This document shows, one piece after another, positions 55,383 to 64,000 of a stretch of DNA of 64,000 nucleotides. Each line of letters starts with the position of its first letter. Within the stretch, counting starts at the first letter, position 1. Below the pieces are notes generated by a model. It was not told the DNA's origin, ran no database searches, and was given only the letters and a program-made list of their open reading frames with translations. The stretch comes from Aliidiomarina sp. (lineage in GTDB: Bacteria > Pseudomonadota > Gammaproteobacteria > Enterobacterales > Alteromonadaceae), in the NCBI RefSeq assembly GCF_022565475.1, contig NZ_JAIUMR010000004.1:47530-111529 (forward strand). The letters run 5' to 3'. The translations under genes were made by a program, and so were the position numbers.

Positions 55383-56297
55383 ATGGTCAAACAACGTACC
55401 ATTAAGCAGATGATTGCAACCACGGGTGTGGGTTTGCATAAAGGCAACAAGGTTAACTTGGTGCTGCGTCCTGCTGCGCCGGACACAGGTATTGTGTTCC
55501 GTCGGACTGATCTGGATCCTGCTGTCGAAATCAAGGCCTCACCTGAGCTGGTGAAGGACACGCGCATGTGTACTTGTCTGATTAATGACGACAACGTTCG
55601 CATTTCGACCGTAGAACACTTGCTTGCCGCGATTGCGGGCATGGGTATCGATAATTTAATTGTTGAAGTGGACTCGCACGAAATTCCAATTATGGATGGC
55701 AGTTCACACCCGTTTGTATTCTTGCTGCAGTCAGCGGGCGTGCACGAGCAAGGGAAAGCGAAGCGCTTCATTAAAGTGAAGCAGCCGATTCGTGTCGAAG
55801 AAGGTGATAAATGGGCCGAGTTATTACCCCATAACGGCTTTAAAATCGACTTTGCGATTGATTTCGAACATCCAGCTATCGCGGATACGAATCAAGTTGT
55901 GTCCATGGACTTTAGTAGCCAAGCATTTATTCGTGATATTAGCCGTGCCCGTACTTTCGGCTTTATGAAAGACATCGAATATTTGCGTGCCAATAACTTA
56001 GCCCTGGGTGGCGGTTTTGACAACGCCGTGGTTTTGGATGATTTCCGCATCCTCAACACGGATGGATTGCGCTACGACGACGAGTTCGTGAAACACAAAA
56101 TACTTGATGCGGTCGGCGACCTCTATATGGGTGGTCATAGCATTTTGGGGCATTTGCGTGCTTATAAGTCAGGACATGCATTAAATAACAAGCTTTTGGT
56201 GGCATTAATGCAGCATCAGGAAGCTTGGGAATTTGTGACATTTGAAGAGACAAGTGCAGAGGCGCCCATTAGTTACCTCAGCCCTGCCCTTGCCTAA
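55383..56297 (+). CDS. lpxC: UDP-3-O-acyl-GlcNAc deacetylase
   Basis: [20 protein letters not shown] and [13 protein letters not shown] 55383 follows GGAGG. Confidence 0.98.
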   Translation: MVKQRTIKQMIATTGVGLHKGNKVNLVLRPAAPDTGIVFRRTDLDPAVEIKASPELVKDTRMCTCLINDDNVRISTVEHLLAAIAGMGIDNLIVEVDSHEIPIMDGSSHPFVFLLQSAGVHEQGKAKRFIKVKQPIRVEEGDKWAELLPHNGFKIDFAIDFEHPAIADTNQVVSMDFSSQAFIRDISRARTFGFMKDIEYLRANNLALGGGFDNAVVLDDFRILNTDGLRYDDEFVKHKILDAVGDLYMGGHSILGHLRAYKSGHALNNKLLVALMQHQEAWEFVTFEETSAEAPISYLSPALA

Positions 56298-56304
56298 TTG
56301 ATTG

Positions 56305-56335
56305 AAAGGCCGCTACTGAAAATAGCGGCCTTTTT
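56305..56335. terminator. Bidirectional intrinsic terminator between lpxC and dciA
   Basis: AAAGGCCGCTA-N7-TAGCGGCCTTT followed by TT. Confidence 0.85.
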
Positions 56336-56396
56336 GCGTAAAGTCACGATGAAATGTTGCGCAAAAGCGCAACAAGGCTTAAGGTAAGCGACGGCG

Positions 56397-56702
56397 TTAT
56401 TGCAATGCGGGTTTTACTTTGATTTCTAAACTGCGTAAAGGCTGTGAGCTAGCCGTTTGCAATGAGAGTAAAATCTTCGATTGTAACAAGCGCACACGAG
56501 TGGACCAAACGCCACTGCGTACATAAATAATTAGGGTTTGTCCTTGAATGGCAACGCAACGCGAGTTGGCAGCAAGATCAGCAGGCACTGCGGCAAGCCA
56601 TAAATTCTGTAAATTTGACTGGCGATGATGTTGCTCATTAAGTTGTGCAAGTGGGCCTTTTTGTAACAAGGTTTGCACACTTTTGGGTTTGCGCTTCAGC
56701 AT
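56397..56702 (-). CDS. dciA: DUF721/DciA-like replicative helicase loader (short form)
   Basis: 101 aa, W...VP.DL..NSR...I.G..LIIYV.S..W.TR.RL pattern ending EIKVKP; lies between lpxC and M23-secA. Confidence 0.72.
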   Translation of the reverse strand: MLKRKPKSVQTLLQKGPLAQLNEQHHRQSNLQNLWLAAVPADLAANSRCVAIQGQTLIIYVRSGVWSTRVRLLQSKILLSLQTASSQPLRSLEIKVKPALQ

Positions 56703-56728
56703 ATAATTTAATTCAACTCGGAACGTGC

Positions 56729-57658
56729 ATGAGTTTAGCAATTGAGTATCAAGGTAAAAAAGTACGCTTTAAGCTGCAGTTTAGCAAGCGGCGTTTACTG
56801 TTTATCAGTGCTTTCGTGGCATTTTTCTTGTTAATGGCGATGCAGCCATGGCAGGGACTGTCGTTCAATAGTCTGGTTGAGCAAAGCAAGATACAGGACG
56901 AGCAACGCGCTTTGGCGATGCAGTCGGAACTGGTGCAAGAAGTTCGCGACCGTACCCAACGTGAACTCACCGCAATGACCATGAAGGTGGGTGAGTTACA
57001 AGCACAAATTATGCGACTGGAAGCGCTCGGTCAGCGTCTTGCCGCAGTAGCGCAGCTGGAAAGCAGCGAGTTTGACTTCACAGCGCCACTACCGGTCGGT
57101 GGTCCTGACCAGATTATCCCCGAATGGCCGTTGGTCAGCGAACATCAATTGTTGTCTGAACTCGACAGCGTTCTCGCTCAATTAGAAAATCGACAAAAAC
57201 AACTTCGCCTCCTTGAAAGTGTCATGTTACATCACCATATAGAAGATGAACGATTTATTTCCGGTCGTCCTGTGAGCACAGGCTGGCTATCTTCGCAGTT
57301 TGGCGTTCGCAAAGACCCATTTACGGGCAACCCGACGATGCACCGCGGCGTTGATTATGCAGCGCCTGAAGGTACGCCGATCAAGGCGACGGGTGCAGGT
57401 ATTGTGACCTTTGCGGGACCACGAGCAGGTTACGGTAATTTGATTGAAGTTGATCATGGTGCTGGCATTCGCACTCGCTATGGTCATATGAACTCAATTG
57501 ATGTCAATGTCGGCGATGTTGTCACTCGCGGGCAAGTGATTGCGACAGTAGGTAATTTAGGGCGCTCAACCGGACCACACGTTCACTATGAAGTGTTGGA
57601 GAATGGGCGACAGGTCAATCCGGCACGATTTGTTTTACGCGACGCGCCGGTCGAATAG
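56729..57658 (+). CDS. M23/LytM-family peptidase with N-terminal TM and coiled coil
   Basis: SSQFGVRKDPF, HRGVD (HxxxD), GYGN, TRYGH and STGPHVHYEV (HxH). Start placed at ATG 56729. Confidence 0.93.
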   Translation: MSLAIEYQGKKVRFKLQFSKRRLLFISAFVAFFLLMAMQPWQGLSFNSLVEQSKIQDEQRALAMQSELVQEVRDRTQRELTAMTMKVGELQAQIMRLEALGQRLAAVAQLESSEFDFTAPLPVGGPDQIIPEWPLVSEHQLLSELDSVLAQLENRQKQLRLLESVMLHHHIEDERFISGRPVSTGWLSSQFGVRKDPFTGNPTMHRGVDYAAPEGTPIKATGAGIVTFAGPRAGYGNLIEVDHGAGIRTRYGHMNSIDVNVGDVVTRGQVIATVGNLGRSTGPHVHYEVLENGRQVNPARFVLRDAPVE

Positions 57659-57679
57659 CATCGATGGAAAGAGTAGAGC

Positions 57680-57708
57680 CGGCACCGACGCGGTGCCGTT
57701 TATTTTTT
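57680..57708 (+). terminator. Terminator-like hairpin just upstream of secA
   Basis: CGGCACCG-ACG-CGGTGCCG followed by TTTATTTTTT. Confidence 0.7.
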
Positions 57709-57745
57709 CACCACTAGATTTTTTGCTACAGGATATTAAAAACAC

Positions 57746-60466
57746 ATGTTGGGTAGTCTCTTTAAACGTATTTTTGGTAGTCGAAACGATCGTATTATCC
57801 GTGCATCACGCAAACGCGTTGGCCAAATTAACGCGCTAGAGCCGGAGTACGAGAACTTAAGCGATGACGAGCTCAAGGCAAAGACTGCTGAGTTTAAAGA
57901 GCGCTTGGCGAATGGTGAAACGCTTGACGACCTGTTGGTTGAGGCATTTGCAGTCGCTCGCGAAGCGAGTAAACGCGTCTTTGAAATGCGCCCATTTGAC
58001 GTCCAGTTGGTGGGTGGCATGATCCTGAATGAACACCGAATCGCCGAAATGCGTACGGGTGAAGGTAAAACCCTCACAGCGACACTACCGGCATACTTGA
58101 ATGCCCTTACTGGTCGTGGCGTACATATCATTACCGTCAACGATTACTTAGCCCGCCGCGATGCTGATTGGAGCCGTCCTTTCTTTGAATATCTAGGCAT
58201 GACCGTTGGTGTTAACGTTGCCGGTATGCAGCCGAAAGACAAGAAAAGCAACTACGCTTGCGATATTTTATACGGCACCAATAACGAGTTTGGTTTCGAC
58301 TATTTGCGCGACAATATGGCATTTACGCCAGACGACCGGGTGCAACGTGACCTGCATTTCGCAATCGTCGATGAAGTTGACTCGATCTTGATTGACGAAG
58401 CACGTACCCCGTTAATTATCTCGGGTCCAGCGGAAGATTCTTCCGAGTTATACAAGAAAATTAATACCCTAGTGCCACAACTGACTCGCCAAGCCCATGA
58501 AGATGGGAAAGGTGAGGACGATGCCGAGCTTGGTGACTACACCATTGACGAAAAGGCGCGTCAGCTTTATCTGACTGAGCACGGTCAGGAGCACATTGAA
58601 TCGATTTTGAAAGAAAACGGTTTGCTCGACGAAAGTGAGTCCTTGTATTCACCGACCAACATTTCTTTGTTACACCACGTCAACGCAGCATTGCGTGCGC
58701 ACCACTTATTCCATCGCGATGTTGACTACATCGTTAAAGATGACCAGATCGTGATTGTCGATGAGCATACCGGTCGGACGATGGAAGGCCGTCGCTGGTC
58801 TGAAGGTTTGCACCAAGCCGTGGAAGCTAAAGAAGGTGTGCCGATTCAGAACGAGAACCAAACGTTAGCGTCGATCACCTTCCAGAATTATTTCCGCTTG
58901 TATGAGAAACTTGCGGGTATGACGGGTACCGCCGATACCGAAGCATTCGAGTTTCAGTCGATTTATGGCTTAGAAACTGTCGTTGTACCAACCAATAAAG
59001 ACATGATTCGCGATGACATGCCGGACCTCATCTTCTTGACGGCGCAAGAGAAATACAACGCCATTATTGAAGATATTCGCGCGCAACGTGACGCGGGCCG
59101 TCCGGTCCTTGTAGGTACGAGTTCGATTGAAAGTTCTGAGCTGGTGTCACGTTTATTGAAGAAAGAAAAAATTAAACACAAGGTTTTGAACGCGAAGTTC
59201 CACGCCCAAGAAGCGGAAATCATTGCTCAAGCGGGTCAAGCTGGCTCGGTGACGATTGCGACCAACATGGCGGGTCGTGGTACTGATATTATGCTCGGTG
59301 GTAACTGGCAAACCGAAATTGCCAACATCGAAAATCCAACGCCTGAGCAAATCAAAAAGATTAAAGAAGATTGGAAAGTCCGCCACGATGCCGTAATCGC
59401 CTCAGGTGGTTTACATATTGTCGGTACTGAGCGTCACGAGTCACGCCGGATTGATAACCAGTTACGTGGTCGAGCAGGTCGTCAGGGTGATCCGGGTTCG
59501 TCACGTTTTTATCTGTCGCTAGAAGACTCGCTGATGCGTATTTTCGCATCTGACCGCATGGCAACCATGATGAAACGCCTCGGTATGAAAGAAGGCGAGG
59601 CCATTGAGCACCCATGGGTGACCAAGGCGATTGAGAATGCACAACGTAAGGTCGAAGGTCGTAACTTCGATGTCCGTAAGCAATTGCTTGAATACGATGA
59701 TGTCGCTAACGACCAACGGAAAGTGGTCTATGAGCAGCGTAATGAACTGCTTGACGGTAAGGACATTAAAGATACCATAGCGGTGATTCGTGAGGACGTC
59801 TTCAATCGTGTCATCAGTGACTACATTCCGCCGCAATCGCTTGAAGAAATGTGGAATATCGAAGGGCTTGAAGATCGCTTGCGTGCAGACTTTGATTTGC
59901 AGTTACCGATTCAAGAGTGGCTTGATAACGACGATAAGCTGTTCGAAGAGATCTTGCGCGAGAAGATTGTTGAAGAAGCGATTAAAGCCTACGAACTCAA
60001 AGAGCAACAAGTCGGCGAACAGGTGCTCCGCCACTTTGAGAAGGCGGTTATGCTGCAAAGCCTAGACCAGCATTGGAAAGAGCATTTAGCGGCGATGGAC
60101 CACTTGCGTCAGGGGATTCATTTGCGTGGTTACGCGAACAAGAACCCGAAACAGGAATATAAGCGTGAAGCCTATGATCTGTTTATGGACATGCTCGAGG
60201 CGCTGAAGCTGGATGTCATTAGTATTCTCAGCAAGGTCAAAGTACGTGCCGAGGAAGACGTCGAAGCGATGGAAGAACAACGTCGTCGTAAAGATTCTGC
60301 CCCGAAACAGTTCCAACATGAAAGCGCACCATCGGCAACCGCAGGCGGCGTTCCTGCAGCGGAAGGTCAGCAGGTTGTTCGGGAGGGCGAAAAAGTAGGC
60401 CGTAATGACCCGTGCCCATGCGGTTCTGGGAAGAAATACAAGCATTGCCATGGCAAGCTTACCTAA
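57746..60466 (+). CDS. secA: Preprotein translocase ATPase SecA
   Basis: [40 protein letters not shown] and [17 protein letters not shown]. Confidence 0.99.
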   Translation: MLGSLFKRIFGSRNDRIIRASRKRVGQINALEPEYENLSDDELKAKTAEFKERLANGETLDDLLVEAFAVAREASKRVFEMRPFDVQLVGGMILNEHRIAEMRTGEGKTLTATLPAYLNALTGRGVHIITVNDYLARRDADWSRPFFEYLGMTVGVNVAGMQPKDKKSNYACDILYGTNNEFGFDYLRDNMAFTPDDRVQRDLHFAIVDEVDSILIDEARTPLIISGPAEDSSELYKKINTLVPQLTRQAHEDGKGEDDAELGDYTIDEKARQLYLTEHGQEHIESILKENGLLDESESLYSPTNISLLHHVNAALRAHHLFHRDVDYIVKDDQIVIVDEHTGRTMEGRRWSEGLHQAVEAKEGVPIQNENQTLASITFQNYFRLYEKLAGMTGTADTEAFEFQSIYGLETVVVPTNKDMIRDDMPDLIFLTAQEKYNAIIEDIRAQRDAGRPVLVGTSSIESSELVSRLLKKEKIKHKVLNAKFHAQEAEIIAQAGQAGSVTIATNMAGRGTDIMLGGNWQTEIANIENPTPEQIKKIKEDWKVRHDAVIASGGLHIVGTERHESRRIDNQLRGRAGRQGDPGSSRFYLSLEDSLMRIFASDRMATMMKRLGMKEGEAIEHPWVTKAIENAQRKVEGRNFDVRKQLLEYDDVANDQRKVVYEQRNELLDGKDIKDTIAVIREDVFNRVISDYIPPQSLEEMWNIEGLEDRLRADFDLQLPIQEWLDNDDKLFEEILREKIVEEAIKAYELKEQQVGEQVLRHFEKAVMLQSLDQHWKEHLAAMDHLRQGIHLRGYANKNPKQEYKREAYDLFMDMLEALKLDVISILSKVKVRAEEDVEAMEEQRRRKDSAPKQFQHESAPSATAGGVPAAEGQQVVREGEKVGRNDPCPCGSGKKYKHCHGKLT

Positions 60467-60470
60467 GACC

Positions 60471-60866
60471 ATGCAGAAACATGTTCATGTCGCCGTGGGT
60501 GTGATCACTCACGGCGCTTCTGTTTTAGTCAGTAAACGTGCCGATCATCAACACCAAGGCGGCTTGTGGGAGTTTCCGGGTGGTAAAGTGGAAACTGACG
60601 AAGCAGTCAAAACCGCGCTTGCGCGTGAGTTAAAAGAAGAGCTGAATGTTACCGTGCTCGCGGCAGCACCCATGTTTGAAATTGTGCACGACTACGGTGA
60701 CAAGGTCGTCCATTTAGATATTTGGCACGTTTCTCAACACACCGGCGAGGTTCTCGCCAATGAAGGTCAGGCTTGGCAGTGGGCGGATGCGGATACCTTA
60801 CGCGAGCTTAAGTTTCCCGCGGCCAATGGGCCAATCGTGACGGCCACACTCAAACTTATTGATTAG
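60471..60866 (+). CDS. mutT: 8-oxo-dGTP diphosphatase MutT
   Basis: WEFPGGKVE...ALARELKEE Nudix box and FPAAN; 4 nt after the secA stop. Confidence 0.9.
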   Translation: MQKHVHVAVGVITHGASVLVSKRADHQHQGGLWEFPGGKVETDEAVKTALARELKEELNVTVLAAAPMFEIVHDYGDKVVHLDIWHVSQHTGEVLANEGQAWQWADADTLRELKFPAANGPIVTATLKLID

Positions 60867-61051
60867 TAATCATCTTCGTTGTTAGCTGCTGGCGGCAACT
60901 CCGGCCCAGGAATTCGTTTCTCTTCTGCAGCCCATTCGCCCAAGTCAATCAGTTTGCAGCGCTCGCTGCAAAATGGACGAAACGCAGAGGCGCTCGACCA
61001 AACAACTAATTTTTCGCAGGTGGGACAGGAAACCGTGGTTGGGGTTTTCAT
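60863..61051 (-). CDS. yacG: DNA gyrase inhibitor YacG
   Basis: CPTC...[17 protein letters not shown] Zn finger. Start placed at ATG 61051. Confidence 0.95.
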   Translation of the reverse strand: MKTPTTVSCPTCEKLVVWSSASAFRPFCSERCKLIDLGEWAAEEKRIPGPELPPAANNEDDY

Positions 61052-61088
61052 TTGTGACACAACAAACCTCTTTGACGTGAACGTCGAA

Positions 61089-61838
61089 TTAATTACTACA
61101 GCGGGCAAGCGCAAACGTGACGGCGCCTTGATACGGTGTGCGTTCTGCTGAATCAGCCTGCATGAAGCGGATACTATAACGCTGCCGATGCCCACTAATT
61201 AATGGGTAAACCTTAAATTCATTCGGTACCCGCAAGCGCAATAACGCCAACTTTTCTGAGTTGGCTTGGAAGCTTCCGTTTTCTGCGACCAATTGCTCAA
61301 ATTCGCCTTGTTCTCGCAACATGTTTAATTCCATGTTTAATGCGCTTTGCAGGACGGTTAATTGCTCTAACCATCGCGTGGTTTCAAGTGTGCGCTGCTC
61401 ATCGCTTTGCTGCAACCAAAACTGCAAGTCAGGTAGTTCATGGTGGCATTGCCCGCCCATCAGCCCCATGCGTTGACGCACGTTAGCAAGCAAACGGTTT
61501 TCGCGCAGGACATAACCGAATTTATGGCCTTCGCACAAGGCCTGTAAAATTTGCCGTAACTCTTGGTGGACTTCTTGCAGTCGGTGTTGATTGACCGCAG
61601 GATGATTGAAATAGGCTAAAAGCCGACCTTCTCGCCGTTCTAGGTCTTTAATTAAATCGGCTCGTGTATCTGTGCGGTCGAGTAAATCCAATAGATTGAA
61701 TAAACCACCGAAAAACAGCGGATAATTGACCGCATTGACGTTGGCTGCGGCTTGGTGGATCTGCAGCAACAAGGCTTCAATGCGCAAATAGACGCGGATT
61801 TTTTCTTCTAACGGATGCTCGTAGGTCTTGAAGTCCAT
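61089..61838 (-). CDS. zapD: Cell division protein ZapD
   Basis: [40 protein letters not shown]; coaE-zapD-yacG order. Confidence 0.93.
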   Translation of the reverse strand: MDFKTYEHPLEEKIRVYLRIEALLLQIHQAAANVNAVNYPLFFGGLFNLLDLLDRTDTRADLIKDLERREGRLLAYFNHPAVNQHRLQEVHQELRQILQALCEGHKFGYVLRENRLLANVRQRMGLMGGQCHHELPDLQFWLQQSDEQRTLETTRWLEQLTVLQSALNMELNMLREQGEFEQLVAENGSFQANSEKLALLRLRVPNEFKVYPLISGHRQRYSIRFMQADSAERTPYQGAVTFALARCSN

Positions 61839-61881
61839 GATTCTTATATTTTTATAGTGAGCCTTTGGTCATGATACCGAC

Positions 61882-62502
61882 TCAGGATGATAAGGCAATC
61901 CTTAAATAGTATTCATGTAGTCGGTCAATTTTAGCATGTAACTCGGCTACGCTACCGCTATTATCGAGAATATCGTCGGCTTTGGCGATGCGGTCTTCTC
62001 GCGACAATTGCGCGGCCATGATGGCACTGATTTGGTCGGTGTCCACTTGATCGCGAGCCTGCGTGCGTTCTATTTGCAGCGCTTCGGGTACATCGATGAC
62101 AAGCACCCGGTCGGTATATTGTTCTAAACCATTTTCCAGCAGCAATGGTGCTGACAAGACCACGTAAGGCGAATGTGCTGATTGTATGCGAGTCAGCATG
62201 TGTTCGCGAATGGCTGGGTGGAGTAGAGTATTCAGCCAAGCTTTTTCGCTCGGGTCGGCAAAGATGATCGCACGCAACGCGGCACGGTCGAGTTCTCCAT
62301 TCGCTTGCAGTATATTATCACCGAAGCGCTCGGCGATTGCCTGCAATGCTGGAGTACCAGCAGCAACCACATCGCGCGCAACTTGGTCGGCATCGACGAC
62401 GCTAATACCTAGGCTGGCAAACCGATCAGTGGCGGTTGATTTACCCGAACCAATGCCGCCGGTGACGCCGAGAACCCAGATGTGTTTTTGTTTGGTATTC
62501 AT
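61882..62502 (-). CDS. coaE: Dephospho-CoA kinase
   Basis: TGGIGSGKS, DADQVAR, LDRAALR, PLLLE and AAQLSRE. Start placed at ATG 62502. Confidence 0.96.
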   Translation of the reverse strand: MNTKQKHIWVLGVTGGIGSGKSTATDRFASLGISVVDADQVARDVVAAGTPALQAIAERFGDNILQANGELDRAALRAIIFADPSEKAWLNTLLHPAIREHMLTRIQSAHSPYVVLSAPLLLENGLEQYTDRVLVIDVPEALQIERTQARDQVDTDQISAIMAAQLSREDRIAKADDILDNSGSVAELHAKIDRLHEYYLRIALSS

Positions 62503-63359
62503 GAGATAGCGATACTCCAATACCACGCGTAGATGACGTCGGCAAAATACAGGCTAATGCCACCTGCAATCGCCAAATAGGGTCCGAACGGCATCGGTTG
62601 ACCAAATCGAGAGTTTTTGGCGACGAGCTGAAGAATACCGAAACATGCGCCGACCACCGATGAGAGAAGAATGATCAAGGGTAAATGCTGCCAGCCTAAC
62701 CAAGCGCCCAAGGCGGCTAATAGTTTAAAGTCGCCATAACCCATGCCTTCTTTGCCGGTAGCCAGTTTGAATAACCAAAATAATGACCACAAGAAAAGAT
62801 AACCGACGGCGGCACCAATAATGGCGTCAGTCGGTGTCACTGGCAGCCAAAAGATACTGCCAATCAGACCGAGCCAGAGCAAAGGCAAGGTGATCTGGTC
62901 GGGTAAGAGCATATGGTCGACGTCTATTAAGGTGAGTAGGACCAGCAGATAAAGCAGGACGACATAACTCCAACCTAAGGTATTAAAGCCAAAATGGTAG
63001 ATGGTTATTGCGGCAAGGAACGCGCAGACGAGTTCGACCAAGGGATAGCGAATCGAAATACCGACCTTGCAAGCGCGGCACTTTCCGCGCAGGAGCAAAT
63101 AACTGAGTACCGGAACATTGTCGTACCAACGAATCGGCGTTTTACAGCGAGGACAGTGCGAGGCGGGTTGCGATAGATTATAAACCGGCTGTTCGCTGAT
63201 GTTCTTGTTCGTCAGTTCGGCGCAATCGCGCTGCCATTGTGCTTGCATCATTTTCGGCAAACGGGCAATGACAACATTCCCAAAGCTGCCAAAACACAAT
63301 CCGATAAAGAGTGCAAACAAGCAACCAAACCAAGGCCATACAATTAAAATTTCTGCCAC
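62499..63359 (-). CDS. pilD: Type IV prepilin peptidase/methyltransferase PilD
   Basis: SHCPRC...GKCRAC Zn motifs, IDVDHMLLPD, GMGYGDFKL and PFGPYL. Confidence 0.95.
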   Translation of the reverse strand: MAEILIVWPWFGCLFALFIGLCFGSFGNVVIARLPKMMQAQWQRDCAELTNKNISEQPVYNLSQPASHCPRCKTPIRWYDNVPVLSYLLLRGKCRACKVGISIRYPLVELVCAFLAAITIYHFGFNTLGWSYVVLLYLLVLLTLIDVDHMLLPDQITLPLLWLGLIGSIFWLPVTPTDAIIGAAVGYLFLWSLFWLFKLATGKEGMGYGDFKLLAALGAWLGWQHLPLIILLSSVVGACFGILQLVAKNSRFGQPMPFGPYLAIAGGISLYFADVIYAWYWSIAIS

Positions 63360-63389
63360 GCCATGTTCCTTTTTATTGTTGTTGACCCA

Positions 63390-64000
63390 TTATACTGCGA
63401 TTGCGCCTGCAAGTTGAAATAATGGTAAATAAATAGCGAGTAAAATCACCAAGGTCAACAAACTTACCACAGTTAAGAGCAGGGCAGGTACCGTCGCACT
63501 GAGCTGTGTTTCAAACGCCATAAGATCGTTTTTGAGGTCGGCGAGAGCAATGCTTATTTGCTCGCAAAGCTGACCGCTCTGTTCGCCGATGTCGATAGCG
63601 ATCAAGACCCGATCCGGCGCCAAGGTCGACTGCCAACAACTATGCCAAGAGCGCCCTTGTTGCATCTGCTGGAAAGCACGCTGCCATTGAGATCGCCAGT
63701 ATGGACTTGTGCTTTGTTCGGCCTGTTGTTGACAGAGCGTTAATAATGGAATTTGGCTTTGCATGCCAAATTGAATCATCACCAGATCGTCGTACAGCAC
63801 TTGTTGATTCAGCCACTTGCCAAGCCAAGGTAACTGGTAGGTCGTGTGATGGAGTCGACGGACAAGCATCGTGACGAGATAGCCGACGACGATCCCGCAA
63901 CCAGCGACTAAACCAAAAATGAGCCAAGAGACCTGACTCATGCGGATCAGGTTCTCAGTGAGGGCAGGGACTTGCGCATCCATCCCTTGGTAAACATTCG
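63390..64000 (-). CDS. Type II secretion F-family platform protein (PilC-like), 5' part outside window
   Basis: Frame is open to the window edge. VPALT before a TM, IGEQSGQL, and C-terminal ILLAIYLPLFQL; directly upstream of pilD. Confidence 0.8.
   Translation of the reverse strand, partial: NVYQGMDAQVPALTENLIRMSQVSWLIFGLVAGCGIVVGYLVTMLVRRLHHTTYQLPWLGKWLNQQVLYDDLVMIQFGMQSQIPLLTLCQQQAEQSTSPYWRSQWQRAFQQMQQGRSWHSCWQSTLAPDRVLIAIDIGEQSGQLCEQISIALADLKNDLMAFETQLSATVPALLLTVVSLLTLVILLAIYLPLFQLAGAIAV

Noticed and set aside
57630-57658. M23 C-terminus LRDAPVE as a SecM/RAPP-like arrest motif upstream of secA
   Set aside because: It is not a RAGP/RAPP match, the protein is a complete folded peptidase, and a stalled ribosome would not reach the hairpin 21 nt past the stop.
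41838-63969. GGGNAGGG (KOPS-like) octamers at 41838 (+), 56282 (-) and 63962 (+)
   Set aside because: There are too few, with mixed orientation and no systematic count, so no inference about the replichore is possible.

Overview
This is a core-genome window from a gammaproteobacterium. Gene order (petABC between rpsI and sspA, tldD-darP-pmbA, lpxC-DUF721-M23-secA, pilC-pilD-coaE-zapD-yacG) and acidic envelope proteins suggest a marine Alteromonadales member, possibly Idiomarinaceae (inference, not checked by search). In order it holds: rng-yhdP-nit-tldD, darP, pmbA; kdsD-kdsC-lptCAB-rpoN-hpf-ptsN-rapZ-npr; an orphan TetR; mlaFED-B (no mlaC), ibaG, murA; degS, degQ, zapG, zapE; rplM-rpsI; petABC; sspAB; lpoA-yraN-diaA-dolP; rsmI; rnpB; a CHASE-GGDEF-EAL gene; the dcw cluster (mraZ to ftsZ); lpxC; a short DciA/DUF721; an M23 peptidase; secA, mutT; yacG, zapD, coaE, pilD and a partial pilC. 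I see no prophage, IS, CRISPR array, defence island, tRNA/rRNA or clear pseudogene, and no clearly new multi-gene system. The best leads are local departures from the usual layout: (1) a TetR placed between the LPS-export and Mla operons, with repeated ACCGAC half-sites, one touching the predicted kdsD promoter; (2) an mla operon without mlaC; (3) a membrane c-di-GMP enzyme back-to-back with the dcw promoter, whose last codons are antisense to the RNase P RNA P1 strand; (4) a DiaA with eroded sugar-phosphate motifs; (5) a DciA without a C-terminal tail. All regulatory calls are pattern-based and untested.
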